A stretch of DNA of 64,000 bases from Eledone cirrhosa (taxonomy: Eukaryota): contig OZ024755.1 of assembly GCA_964016885.1 (NCBI GenBank), positions 10,602,001 to 10,666,000 of the forward strand, in the 5' to 3' direction. The notes beneath the pieces were generated by a model. The model had not been told where the DNA came from, ran no database searches, and saw nothing but the letters and a program-made list of their open reading frames with translations. Of this stretch, positions 28,301 through 42,362 are shown piece after piece. Each line of letters begins with the position of its first letter. Within the stretch, counting starts at the first letter, position 1. The translations under genes and the position numbers were made by a program.

Positions 28301-28910
28301 CTTCTACATCTTGCTTTTCCTAACACGAATGATAGGAAGATAGAGTGCAGATGACCGAGTCGAAAGGAAGCCAGTCACTGTTTTTTTTAGTATTATGACT
28401 CGTGGTTTTGTACTTGCTAATAAGCTCTCTCTGTGGTAACATAGCCTAATAAAAGTGTTCAATTCCCGCTCCATAGGAAAAATGAACTTCCATTGGCGAA
28501 TATCTCATCTAGAAGTAGAGTTACGTTTAATCAAATTAATGTCTATATTAAAAGGAAGTTTAGAGCCACTTTATAAATCATTTTCATTTTGAAAGCAAAG
28601 TGACTAATGATAGTGTGTTACTTAATGCTGTGTGTAAGTGAAAAATTACGAAGTGAGCAATAATCACACGTCAAACTATATTTAGTGAGGGCCCAGTGCG
28701 TATCTCTCTGTCAGTTTAGTGAGCTACAAAAACATTGTTCACATGTGTAATACTTCGTTAGTGTGTAAGTGGCATCATCAACATAAGGTAGACTTCATAT
28801 GTATTTATGTTTAGTTGAGTGTCAAATGTACCGATTCTAGCCAGAGCACAATATTGGTAGAACAAAATGAATCATCAACATCTGCTCTGTATCTCCAGGT
28901 GTAAATAGCA

Positions 28911-29111
28911 ATGAAAAGCATATTTGATGTCAAGAAATACTATAAGAACGCAAATAATATTGGGAAAGAAATTAAATTAATTGACTGTTACATCTTTTGT
29001 TATCATCAACGTAATATGGCTTTACGTGAAAGGAAAATAAGAATTTGGGAATTCATTAAAATCAAGACAATTCCTAACTGGATGGAACAAGAACTCGCGT
29101 CTATACTTTAA
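28911..29111 (+). mobile_element. Possible decayed hAT-type transposase fragment
   Basis: KLIDCYIFCYHQRNMALRE resembles the hAT DUF4371 motif LIDC..F...Q..ALRG. Short and degenerate. Confidence 0.3.
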
Positions 29112-31204
29112 GGTTTCGATGAAGCAATCTGCATGTTGACGTTTGAATTATTTTCACAATTTTGAGGGCCTTACATATGTTGTAGCCGTGTTTTGAAACT
29201 AAATTGCTGAAGAAACGTTGTAGCTCCTCAATAAAACTGAAACAGTGCTAATTTAACTTTATATCTATCATTTACTTTTACTTCTTAGTGTCTAAATTTC
29301 CTTTGCACTCTTTACAACCTGGTAATTAACAGAGTAATTTTTAAATTAACATTAATTAATTTCAAGTTAAGTAGATAATATATGCATCACTGCCCTCAAT
29401 ATATATTGACAGCCGTGTGTTCCAGATAACTTTACTAACAGTAAGGTTCCCAACGTGGTGATACGGCAATATACGGCTTCGAATATAGAATAAACATTGA
29501 CTAAACGTGTTTGTTAATTTGTTATCAAAGCTGTTATTCAATATCCCTAGATAAATAACGTAAGACTTTTCACTGCGTAATGGCAGACAGAATGTGAATT
29601 GTTAATACTTCGAATAAAAAGAAATCGCTTTATCTATTTACGAATGATTTTATTCCACACAATTTGTAAATCATATTATCGTAACCAGTTTACATTACAT
29701 AACGTGAATGCTTTCATAATCAACTAGAGTAATATTGTAAATGCTCGTAATGTATTATGCGACAATATGATATATTAAATATATTCAAGCCTTTGCCAAT
29801 TACCAAAAATTATTAAACCCCAGCGAAGTAGTGGACATAAGTATAATGTAATATGCTGTATTGTACATTACATCAAAACATGTACATATTGTTATCTTCA
29901 TGATTTCTTTTTTCCGACAGATGAAATTTAATACCAAACACATGGGCGTATTTCAGCCTTCTCTACATTCTCAGTACTTTAAATGCTCTTTTACTGATTC
30001 TTTCATTTATTTCATGTTTCAAATATAGTGACCACTCAATTCAGCGTTTGTATCCGTGCATTACAAATACAAAGTTATTGACAATCAAACATAATTATTC
30101 AACTTCACACAATCAATTCAGTGATGTACGGCTAATTCGAATGAATCAAATTTGATATGTTGTTTATACTTATTTAATCGACCATGGTTTATGCAAGGCA
30201 AATTTCCTCCTAATGTTATTTCAAATCAAAACCTAATACCCTGAAAGGGAAAATCCGCAAAATTGCCATTAAATTCAAACATTTGATTCAAGTCGTATTT
30301 GACATGTTATGCGATGATACATTTACTATGATGCCCTGATGAATTCTGTTCTATTTAACATAAAAGCAGCAAAAGTAGAATGGATGACGCAGTGGCTATC
30401 AATAGCTGATTTTCAGGGAAACACTCGAAATCTTTTCATTTGTAAGGCACAAATACGATATGCTGTCCAGTCAATATTCTAGAGTTTGCCTATGAGCATT
30501 TCCCCATATATATTTAATATTCTTACGTCTTTCTTTTTTTTCTTCTTTCATTAAGATATTATAAACACGTCCAGACTTTTACACTAACTTTTCATATTGT
30601 TATATTTCTGATTAAAGGAAGTGGAATAAATTGCATCCGAGTCTATTCTGAATTACAAAGTTTGTTGGCATTACACCGATTGATTTAAAGGTAATATGGG
30701 TCTCGTTGTACATGATATAACGAATGGAATTACTATTGAAGAAAAAGTATAGCATTCGAAATTAGATGCTGTGGTTGCTATGTAGACACCCAGGTCAACT
30801 GTGATCGTGCTGTCATACAAAAAAACCTATTCCAGCCCTATCCATACTAGCTTTTTACATTATCTAAGGTTATAGAATCGAAAAACCTCTGTATATTCGA
30901 AACACACTGTATCATGATTTTATGACTATAAAGATGTCATATCAACCAGATCAGGTGATCATGTAAATACATATGACAGGTCTGGACCGTATATATAGAG
31001 ATCGTGACTCCTAGTTTATCTAATACAATTAGACATTCGCAGATGTGTGCTGGACCACTGTTGTTTGTCACGACCAAATCAATGTGAAATATAAAATATC
31101 TTGCTGAAGACTACGAGTCGGATACGTTGTATGTATTTAAATGTAAAGAGAAATATAAACAGTAGCAATATTTTCATACACAGACACCCCACTTACCATA
31201 TATA

Positions 31205-31375
31205 TATTTTACTTTATTAAGGCTAAATTGCGGGTCTTGTTACTCTGGAGGGTCGCTTTTTATCACAAAATGTTCCTGTGATAAACAGGTGAAACTTCAG
31301 AGTAACATGACCCACTATTTGGCCTTAATAAAATGAATATTTAAACTCTACTTCGGTATTGAGTACTCTTTTTTC
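31205..31375 (-). mobile_element. Distant relative of the hairpin+tail family
   Basis: ~120 nt imperfect hairpin (31213-31332) plus GTATTGAGTACT (31356-31367), a motif shared with copies A-C. Confidence 0.6.
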
Positions 31376-31414
31376 TCAGCCGTCAAATACGTAGATATAT
31401 ATATATATATATAT

Positions 31415-31598
31415 AACGAAGGAAATGTGGTAAGGAACCAGGTGGACCATAACGCACCAAAGTGCTCAATACTTAGGGTAGTAGAGTGGGTAATAGGAAC
31501 AAGTAAGACCCCGACGGCTGAGCTCAAGCCGTTTCGACGGCTAATTCTGGACTAGCCGTCGAAACGGCTTGAGCTCAGCCGTCGGGGTCTTACTTGTT

Positions 31599-31603
<5 letters not shown>
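31415..31603 (+). mobile_element. (TA)n-embedded hairpin+tail element, copy B
   Basis: Tail 31415-31492, perfect 51 bp arms (31493-31543/31553-31603), flanked by (TA)n on both sides. Confidence 0.88.
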
Positions 31604-31685
<82 letters not shown>

Positions 31686-32145
31686 GTGTGTGTATATATA
31701 TATATATATATGTATATGTATGTATATGTATACTTTCGTTGTTTACCATGTCTAGCTGTTGACTGTAAAACACAACAAACAAATAAACACAATTAATGAT
31801 TTATTTTCTAGACCACATGGGGCTCCCTCGATAATTAAAAAATAAACCACTAAAATAACAAAATATTTACAGAAAGATTTTGATTCAATAATAGAGAAAC
31901 ATTCATTGTACCTCAAAGGCATAGATATGTTGTTTTGTCTGTTGCTGCATCTAAGGTTTTTCTCTTTTCCTTCCGGTATGAAATATCTGATGAGATGACG
32001 AGAATTTTATATTTATTTGTTAAGTGGAAAATTTTAGTCAAATACTTTTTAAAAGATTTATACAATAAACTTGGTAAATGAATATATAAATCACACATAC
32101 ATACATACGTATATATATAGATATGTGTGTCTGTGTTTACATATG

Positions 32146-32176
<31 letters not shown>

Positions 32177-32689
32177 TACATACACATTTATATATTTATT
32201 TACATGCATATATATGCATGTATATATGTGTGTGTATGTATAGATACATGTGTGTGTGTGATGTATATATATACATGTGTATGTATATATACATTGTGTG
32301 TGTGCGCGCGCGTTTGTGTAATCCCATTGATCTCGTAAACAAGCTCTACAGATTACTATGCGTTCACATGACCATAGAACATTTTGGCTTTGACATCACT
32401 ATTTATTTTTTGAAGATGGTATCATTTTTTGAAGATGGTATCATTATTGTTTAGTGCGATATCATGTCTCACTATATGCCATATCTTAGTTAGATATTAT
32501 GAGCGGCAAAACCAACGAGGACGACAAAAATACCAGTTGCACATACAAATAGACATCTTCAAAGGAAGGAGTTTTGAATGCATGTAAGATTTCTTCTTCT
32601 TCAAACAAAATAAACGTTAAATAAACGAATGATTGATATGTAACATCGGCGAGAGAATGACTGCACGCCACCATTATAGAAGAAAATGC

Positions 32690-33000
32690 TTGTCCTTTCT
32701 TCGAAGTTATTACCCAGATACGAAGATCAAGGCTGATAGACGAGGACAAGATATTACTTCCAGTCAGTATTCACAGCTGATAATATATCTCTCAAAGAAG
32801 CAGAAAAAATACCCAAAGATATAGACTTAGAATAAAGAGAGCCCGAATGATGATGATGAAAACAGAAACAATCTCTATGATAATAGGTACACTAGGTTTG
32901 ATAAGAAAACACACAGGCACATACATAACCAAAGCCCAAATTCTTATAAATATATACATCATATAGAAAATACCACTACTAGACAATGTATACATAATAT
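32690..33000 (+). mobile_element. Decayed R4/Dong-clade retrotransposon C-terminus (restriction-like endonuclease region)
   Basis: Translates to DNISLKEAEKIPKDIDLE* and KTETISMIIGTLGLIRKH...KIPLL, matching the R4/Dong pattern D.N...KE.EK..KY.DL....P..VGALG. Confidence 0.7.
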
Positions 33001-33737
33001 TAATCGTAGTTTCGTTACAAACGAAACAGCATTCTACATACACAAGGCACATATAGCTGTGCTCGGTAATGTAACATGAAAATATGACTAATGATGGTGA
33101 TGAGAATAATAATGATGATGACATTCAATACATGTTCTATTATGATTATATCCAGCAATAAGAGACCTATCTTTAACAACACTGATTATCAGAGCGTTTG
33201 TCATTCCCATGGGATTCTGGAAATGAATGATTCTGTATCAACAATCAGCTATCATACTGCCCAACCTGAAGATACAGATTGGTGGTAGAGGAGAGAGCAG
33301 CGGAGATGAAACGCTGTCGTTTCTAATGATGTTGTATCAACCCTTACATACACCCACATCTTTATCCCTACCTTTACAAACCTATGTTCTGGATGAATGC
33401 CAAAGTGAAAGTAATTCCGCATTCATTAACAAAAACAGTATCTGATACATTATACATGTACTCTATTTGATTAATATGCTCTGCATGAAGTGTATACATA
33501 GGTAATATTAGCGACGACTTTGATGATATCATTATTAATGTTGATTGTGTTGTGTTGTTACTGTTTTCATGTTATTGTTGTTATTTATTTATTAATGTTT
33601 CTTTATTGATTGATTCATCAAACCCATTTTAATCGATATAAATACCAACACTCCTTATTTGTTTGTTTGTTTGTTTTTCTCCTTTGTGATCTCCGCACAT
33701 TCTTTGGACATTTTCACCAATAAAATAAACACATTAT

Positions 33738-34580
33738 TGGTGAATTGGCAGTATCGGTAGAGGGTTGGACGCCATGCTTTCTAGCATAGTTACGTCCCTT
33801 TACAGTCCGAGTTCAAATCCCGCCGAGGTTAACTTTGCCTTTCATCCTTACGGGGTCGATAAAATAAAGTACCAGTAATGTACTGAGTAATTGCTGGCCT
33901 TGTGCCTAAAGTAGAAACAATTATTATTAATATTATTATTACAATTATTATTAATATTATTATTGAGGGCGTCGGGCAACGTGCTTTGCGGCATATAGTT
34001 ACGATTCCTAACAGTCTGAGTTCAAATACCAGTTAGCTTTGCCTTTCACCCTTACGGAGTCGATAAATAAAGCATCAGTAACACACTGGGGTCGATTTAA
34101 TCAACTTCCCTTCCCTCTTCAAATTGCTGGCCTTGTGCCTAAAGTAGAAACAATTATTAGGGCGTTGGATTGGCAGTATCGGTAGAGCATGGGACACCCT
34201 GCTTCGCGGCAGAGAGTTACGGCCCTTTACGTTCTGAGTTCAAATCTCGCTAAGGTTAACTTTGCCATTCATCCTTACAGGGTCGATAAAATAAAGCACC
34301 TGTAATGTACTGGGTCGATTTAATCGACTTTCCCCTCCCGCCAAATTACTGGCCTTGTGCCTATACTAGAAATCATTATCGTTGGCAAAATCGTTAGAGC
34401 ATCGTACACCCCTCCCTTGTTCCGGCCTTTTTTGGTCTAGTTTCAAATACCACCGGGAATTTATATATTTAATATCCCACTGAGGATCGATTAAAACACA
34501 GTTTTACACAAGTTTCAGGGTTGATATAATAGATTCTCACTTCGACCAAAGCTGTTGGCATTGTGTCTAGCTTAGAAAGA
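33738..34580 (+). mobile_element. Head-to-tail array of four SINE copies
   Basis: Copies start near 33738, 33964, 34160 and 34380, joined by (ATT)n tails. Confidence 0.88.
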
Positions 34581-35429
34581 ATTCTTTTTCCTGGCTGCAA
34601 TGTTAAAAAAAGTCCTAATTTGAATATAAAAAACTTCTAAAAGTGCATAACATGGACATGATCATCTAAAATTTAAATTTTAAGCGGTGGAATAATTAAA
34701 GTATTAACAGAAATGTTTTTATTATTCCACTGAACATATTAATGAAAGATGCATATATGCATGAACTCGTAACTCCAGAGGGAATCGTAGGGGTGACATA
34801 TTGACCTACGACCTTTCTTAGGCATTTATAAACCTGACAGAGCCCATCTCATCTCCAGGCCTGAACACAGCAGATTTCTTCCAGAGGATGATAAAGAATA
34901 ATAGAAAAGAAATATGCAAAAAGAATCGACCCAATACTAGAGGGGTACTTTTTCTTATCGTCTTAGAAACGATTAAAGATAAAGCTGAATGTGTATTTTG
35001 AACTCAGGGAACCGGATTGAATACCACAAAGCTTTCTATCCAATGTTGTAACGACGCTGCCAAATTGCCACTTACACAGGATGTAACAAAACAGCAACAA
35101 CAAATTGAAAACTTCAACTAGACCAACGGACGCTCAATGGAAACTATCACTTATATAAATACAACCAAGTTGAACCCTTTCATTTATACATATCCGAAGT
35201 AATAAGCTGCATTTGAATTAATTAACGAAGAACTGTGCGAGATTCACGAAAATCATGTATTGTTTCAATAGTGAGAAGATATTACTAACAAAACATAACA
35301 TAAAGCTTCCTATGTCACATTATATTCAAAGAAATATAGCATTAGAAATATAGTTACCTCGCTAAATCACCGAGAATCTGTTGGCATGAAAACGGTCAAC
35401 GATATACATACTGTATATGTCGGTGTACA

Positions 35430-36100
35430 GTGCGAACTTTTAAACTTACCCCTCCTCCGAAAAAAAATATAGCGGGTCGTCTTATAATCCAGGTATAAAA
35501 TGCGAACCTTGAATCCTGTGGTATATGGTAAGTTGTTAGCAGGGGAGATTTTTGACGGTAGGCTAACGGGTCACTGTAAATAAAACAACTGCCAGCCTTG
35601 GTTTAAAACGTTTTAATCGTTTGCCAATAAAATGTTTAAACATTCCTTTTTTTCTATTGTATATAAATTCATTATAAAATATATTAAACTATTTTAAAAT
35701 GTTTAACCTATAAGCAATTGTTAATAAAATATTAACCTTTATATACCAGTATTTTTTTGAAGTGATGTCACCAGTGTTTATAGTTACAGCGCCTGATTGT
35801 GTTATCATTGCGGGGCAACGGTAAGTATACCGATAGATTATGGTAGGGAAACGGTAAGTGTAGATTGAGATAATTAATTGATAATATCTCCAACATTTTT
35901 CTTTAGAATTTGAGTGAAAAGAAAATATATGCTTACAGGATTTATTTAATAGACACAAAACACCGCCCAACCGATGAAGGAAACATAGGTTCTTACGATC
36001 GTCAGCAGAGCACCCTAACCTTTTAGCTGCGCACTTTCTCGCGCTTTCGCTGAAATATATTGCTGATAACAGATGGAACATTATTACTTTACCTGAACTT
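35430..36100 (-). mobile_element. Decayed pogo/Tigger-like DNA transposon fragment
   Basis: Minus-strand peptides SARKCAAKRLG / FPSSVGRCF (CENP-B HTH F.AS.GW-like) and GAVTINTG (K.V.I.TTG-like), plus a GGGTCGTCTTATA subterminal-type motif at ~35473. Confidence 0.4.
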
Positions 36101-36692
36101 CCTCAGGGCAAAGGATCAGCATATTGGAATTATCACTTTTCTATTGATGATTCTTTATCTTTTGGGAAAATAGTGAAACAATTTCCTTTTCTTACACACA
36201 TAAGAATTAGGCAGATCTTGAAAAAACTAGCCGGCAGGTATACATGTTAAAGAAATATATGATGGACAAGAAGAAATATATGATGGACAAGGTCTTCAGG
36301 TAATTTCTTAAGCTAATATTACTATAATATAAAATGAGCCAGCATTTATCATCATAGCTAACCTCAAGGTTAACTTTACAGAATTGATTGCCTATCATTA
36401 TTGTTGCTACTAACTCCTTATGTTGAAATGTTAAGTAATTGTACTACTTTCTTAGGTTTTCGGCTCTCTTAATATAATTATTTAGTATTAATATATCAAT
36501 TACTAACAGAGGATATTCGATGTTTTGTCTTCTAAAATAGCGCCAGGCTTATTGGCCGTTATTTAGTTGTATGTTTTCATACTAATATTCCATAATATTT
36601 CCACATTTCTTTTTTTTTAAACATCAAATCTTCCATATGAATCCCGAATAGATTTTACTTTATGAAGTTGAAGACGCTGGCTATATATATAT

Positions 36693-36812
36693 GTGTGTGG
36701 TGTGGTGTGGTGTGGTGTGGGTGTGGTTGTGGTGTGGGTGTGGTTGTGGTTGTGGTGTGGTGTGGTTGTGGTGTGGTGTGGTTGTGGTGTGGTGTGGTGT
36801 GGGTGTGGGTGT
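36693..36812. repeat. (GTGTG/GTGGT)n microsatellite
   Basis: Seen directly. Confidence 0.95.
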
Positions 36813-37628
36813 GCATACATATATACATAAATTTTCTCGAAGAATAAGTTGAAGCGCGAGTGTATTAGAATTCATAGAAGAAAGAGAGAACTTCAACGCA
36901 AGATTAGCCGTTTAAACAACTAAATTTCATCAGTGACGGCGTCGGATAAAATTTACCTCAAAGGACACGAATCTGCGGCTAGAAATGTGTTGGCCTGCAG
37001 AAGTGATAGAAAGAAGAGGGGCGGGCAAAGGAAGAAAATGTATGAGACAAGATCACATAAACATCATCTGACCTCCGCAGCTCTCATGCCGAATATAGTG
37101 TCGCTCAATTTAAATCGTGAATGAGACAATCAATATATGACCGAGCCAGACCATTGAATTAGAAGTAAAATTCATCCGATCGGCTTCCATCATTTTTTCC
37201 GATACACAATCTCATTCACAAGGTTTGGCTCGATCCGAAGCCATGGTAAACAAGCATGCCCGAAGAGATCATGCACTGGGATCGAACTCATGCTCTCACG
37301 ACTGAGATACACAATTCTTAATTACTTAGCCGTCGCTGCATCTATCTTTGTAAGACATTGAGTTACTGAAGCCCTTTCAAAGGGGGAAAAAAATTACTCA
37401 ATACCATGGAGTGTATAATCCGGAGCATTAGGATTTCGGCTGACTCAACATTTTCGAACAGAAGAAAAACTGCAAAAAACATAAGAATACACAGATTAAA
37501 AAAGTCCAAGAGTCTGACAACTAACTTAGCTTCGATTTAGAAAAAAATAAGATAATACTTTAGTTTAAATGTTCTATTTGCAGACAGATACTGAATAAAT
37601 TTATAATTTCCTGACTAGATACGTGCGC

Positions 37629-37663
<35 letters not shown>

Positions 37664-38204
37664 TGTGTAGAGAGAGAGAGAGATGTGTACATATATATGA
37701 ATATGTTTATATATATACATATATATATATGTACTCAAATGTTTGTGTATAGGAATATATATACGTATGTGAACACATGACTGAGTATATATGTATATAT
37801 ACATACATATACATACATACACAGACACAGACATAATATATGTTTGTCAATATGTACATTCTGATTCTGCTTTTTGTTTTACGTGTTAAAGTAGTTAATA
37901 GAATAAACCTCTAGGAAATATATACAACTTCGTTAAGAAAGTTTCATGCAACATTTACAAAAATATATTCATCTATTTTTACACACACATTCAATCATAT
38001 ATATATTTATATATAACATATAAAACTTATTTATGATATTGGTTTATTTTCATATTGATGTCAACCTTGACAGACAGAGCTGCAGAGATTAGATGCTAAA
38101 AAAAGGGCATATTGCCAATAATACCATTAATGAAGAATTCTATTTTTTTTTATTCAATAATATTTACCCAAGTGAGGCACGTAACATATTTAAACACAGA
38201 CACT

Positions 38205-38244
<40 letters not shown>

Positions 38245-38455
38245 CCAGTGTAGAGGAATCAACCGTGAAATGAACTGAGATCTGTGAGTAGACACATAAC
38301 CTGAAACATGCACAACTATAAAATCCACTCCGCACAATAAACCGACGCACTCACCCAAATGTACAAAAACACAAGCATGTATATTTGTAAGAGCTTGTGT
38401 GTATGCACATGGGCTTTTCATATATATATATATATATATTATATGATGCGTGTAC

Positions 38456-38505
<50 letters not shown>

Positions 38506-38513
38506 TGTGTACG

Positions 38514-38545
<32 letters not shown>

Positions 38546-38934
38546 TTATATGCAGTGTTTGTATAGTATATCAAGATAGAAAGGCTCTATTGCTAACTTA
38601 ACCATCGTTAGGTATATATGCTTCGATGTTGCGGCGTGTCGCAATACACAATTGCTCTTATAGTCTTCGTCTGATCAATCACCTAATTTATTTTACAGAA
38701 TCCGGCTGGGTGATTTTATATTTTATATTTTATCCACATGTTTGTATTTGTCTTAAATAAGACGTAATTTTTGGAACATGTGAATTTCCCAACGTCGCAT
38801 AGTCAACTTTAATTTGTCTGTCTTTCTCATGTAACCATGGGTTACATGAGGAAGAATTGCTGGGAATCGAACTCATGATCGTAAGACGACCATCGTAACC
38901 ACTAAACCACGTGCCTTCATACAAATATATAATA

Positions 38935-39665
38935 AATAATTGTTTCTACTTTTGGCACAAGGCCAGCAATTATCCAGTGCATTACTGGTAGTTTATTTTA
39001 TCGACCGCGTAAGGATGAAAGGCAAAGTTAACCTCGGCGGGATTTGAACTCAGATTGGAAAGGGTTGTAACTCTATGCGTCAAAGCATGGCGTCCGACCC
39101 TCTACCGATACTGCCAATCCACCGCCCTTTCAAATACAAATATATAATAAATAATTCTTTCTATGTTTAGGCACAAGGTCAGCAATTAACCAGTACATTA
39201 CTGGTACTTTATTTTATCGACCCCGTAAGGATGAAAGGCAAAGTTAATCTCGGCAGGATTTAAATTCCGATCATAAAGGGACGTAACTCTATGCTTCAAA
39301 GCAGTTGATACTATTTCATGTCAGCCACTAGCAACAATACGGTCCTTTACAGTCTTAGTTCAAATCCCACCGAGATTAACTTTGCCTTTCATCCTTACGG
39401 GGTCGATTTAATCGACTTTCCCTTCCCCCCAATTTTCTGGCCTTGTGCCTATACTAGAAATCATTATTCTAAGGGCGGTGGATTGGCAGTATCGGTAGAG
39501 GGTCGGACGCCATGCTTTCCAGAATAGTTACGTCCCTTTACGATCTGAGTTCAAATCCCGCCGAAGTTGACTTTGCCTTTCATCCTTACGGGGTCGATAA
39601 AATAAAGTACCAGTAATGCACTGGGTATTTGCTGTCCTTGTGCCTGAAGTAGAAACAATTTTTAT
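38935..39665. mobile_element. SINE cluster: two minus copies followed by two plus copies (divergent arrangement)
   Basis: 38935-39130 and 39150-39305 on minus; 39340-39470 and 39472-39665 on plus. Confidence 0.88.
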
Positions 39666-41745
39666 AAGGTTTCGTAAAGTCTATCTGTACACAATCCTCT
39701 AGTTCTAAAAGTTCTACTAATTTAATACCAGCTGACACAAAATACTTTGAAGCTGACACGTACATATATTAGAAGCTGCAATGTGTCGAATCTTCCGCAA
39801 AACCTGTTGTTTTACTACTTGATTCCTTCTATGTAGAGTTTACGAAAAGATTCAACAACAGAAACTTTTTAGCTGCTTTGTAGCTTTCCATGTTTTTCAT
39901 GTATTTCTTCTTTTACCTCTCTCTCACCCCCTCGTTTTTCTTTCTTAACTAACAAGCGTATTAGATACCACGGACATATATTTCAAATACCCGTCCCTTG
40001 ACTCTTGTCTCAAGATTTAAATCTGTACCGACGGATGTTTCTCTAAAGGAAATATATTATACGGTAAATAAATTGCTCTAGGTTGGAATGACCCCAAATG
40101 AAATAAAGTCAATTCCCACTTTTGGGTTTTTTCTCAACAAATTTTCGCTTTCCATCAGATCCACAAACTACCCTACGGACAATCGCGTGACCATTAGCGT
40201 GTGTCACATTTTTATTCGTGCAATTCTGGCGAATAACTAACGATAGCCACTATAGAACAAATATGCACCTCGTTTATCAACAACCACACGACACCTGAAT
40301 ATTAGAGCTTATCTCGTGTTTCAAACAATACGCATCTATTACTTTCCTCACGGATTCAAACAACAGTAAAAATTTCCCAAACACTGAAAAGTGAATGGTT
40401 GGATACCTAAATATAAAATTGCTACATGTTTTTCGTATGTCACATGAAAATAAATCAAATTCTGAAGAGAACTTACCTTTTGGACTGCTATGGAATACGT
40501 GATTACCTGATCGAATCTGCCTCTTCTAAGTAGGTTCTATGTATAGAAAATATATTAGCTCTATCCTTTTTAAAAATTCATAACTAGAGTTATACACATG
40601 TAAATATTTTCTCATCAATATTGCTATTTTAAAAAATTATGTATCTCTGACAAATTTAATTCTAGACCAATTATTCTGTGTTTGGAATATACGATCTGTT
40701 GTTTTAAATTATTCTAGCTGTCATTTTTCGTATAACACGAATTATCGTTTATAAAACCTTTGATACAAATTGTAATATTGATATTCAGCGACATACTTTG
40801 TGCGTTTCTTCAATTATTATTCCAATAATTAGAATGGACAGGTCTAAATGAAAATGTAGACATAATCCCTTGTGTATACATACACATATATATATATATA
40901 TATAAATATTTTATTATTTTACTCCGTTCTCTATTTTATATCAGGTTAACAGCAATATCCATACAGCAGCTGTTTATTTCGAACTTTGAAGTAATGTCTC
41001 ATAACACTCCGTTGAAAAGAGAATTTTAAGTGTAAAGCCTCTATTAACAATAAATATTATTGTAAAAGTATTGAGTCTTTTAGTCAGAGGATGTCTAGAC
41101 TAATGAAGAAGACGAAGGTGTTAAAAAAAAAATACAACATTATACATACATGATTTTGAGTGTTGAGTGTTGAGGTTGCAATCGGGAATTTGTGAGTTCG
41201 ACTGTAGGACCGGATGTTGCGTTGTATCCTTAAAGCAAGACACTGTCCTTTGCTGGCAGACCGCTATGATCAACACATACGTGAAATAATCCTCGTTGAA
41301 AACGACGAAGAATGTTTTATGTTTCAAAGGTCCAACAAAAGTATAGTATAAATGTATAAATATATACGGTTGAAATATAAAAACCTTTTGTTAGATTGCT
41401 GAAACATACATAATAAATAAATGAATTATATATATATATATGGGAGAGAGAGAGAGAGAATTATGTGTATATATGTATATATATTCGTATTCATATATGT
41501 ACTTCATGTGAAAACAACATAATACTTCAGATGAAAATTAATATAATCAGGAACAATCGTCAAAAACGAAAGCATTTCATATAATTTTTATGGAAAGAAT
41601 TCATATAAGAAACTATTAAAATATAACATGCTTATAGGAAATATATATTGCTGTTAAGTTATGATTATGATTAATTTTCTTGTTTTCGTTCTGTTGAAAA
41701 TATACTGTATTTCTTTGTTGTGAAATTTGTGACCACATCTATCTG

Positions 41746-41777
<32 letters not shown>

Positions 41778-41779
41778 CA

Positions 41780-41823
41780 CCTATAGAGAGAGAGAGACAG
41801 ACACACATGCTTACACAACTCAC

Positions 41824-41859
<36 letters not shown>

Positions 41860-41900
41860 ATAGAGAGTGAGAGACAGACACACATGCTTACACAACTCAC

Positions 41901-41942
<42 letters not shown>

Positions 41943-41983
41943 ATAGAGAGTGAGAGACAGACACACATGCTTACACAACTCAC

Positions 41984-42025
<42 letters not shown>

Positions 42026-42239
42026 ATAGAGAGTGAGAGACAGACACACATGCTTACACAACTCACGTATATATATATATATATATATATATACACCTAT
42101 AGAGAGTGAGAGACAGACACACATGCTTACACAACTCACGTATATATATATATGAATATATATATATATATATATATATATACCTATAGAGAGTGAGAGA
42201 CAGACACACATGCTTACACAACTCACGTATATATATATA

Positions 42240-42274
<35 letters not shown>

Positions 42275-42315
42275 ATAGAGAGTGAGAGACAGACATACAT
42301 GCTTACACAACTCAC

Positions 42316-42316
<1 letters not shown>
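41780..42316. repeat. Seven copies of a ~45 bp unit separated by variable-length (TA)n spacers
   Basis: CCTATAGAGAGTGAGAGACAGACACACATGCTTACACAACTCACG occurs near 41780, 41857, 41940, 42023, 42096, 42183 and 42272. Confidence 0.95.

Positions 42317-42362
<46 letters not shown>

Noticed and set aside
40470-40530. Minus-strand donor-like AAAG|GTAAGT
   Set aside because: No convincing exon or reading frame could be attached.
41780-42316. CRISPR-like constant repeat / variable spacer layout
   Set aside because: Spacers are pure (TA)n, there are no cas genes, and the context is eukaryotic.
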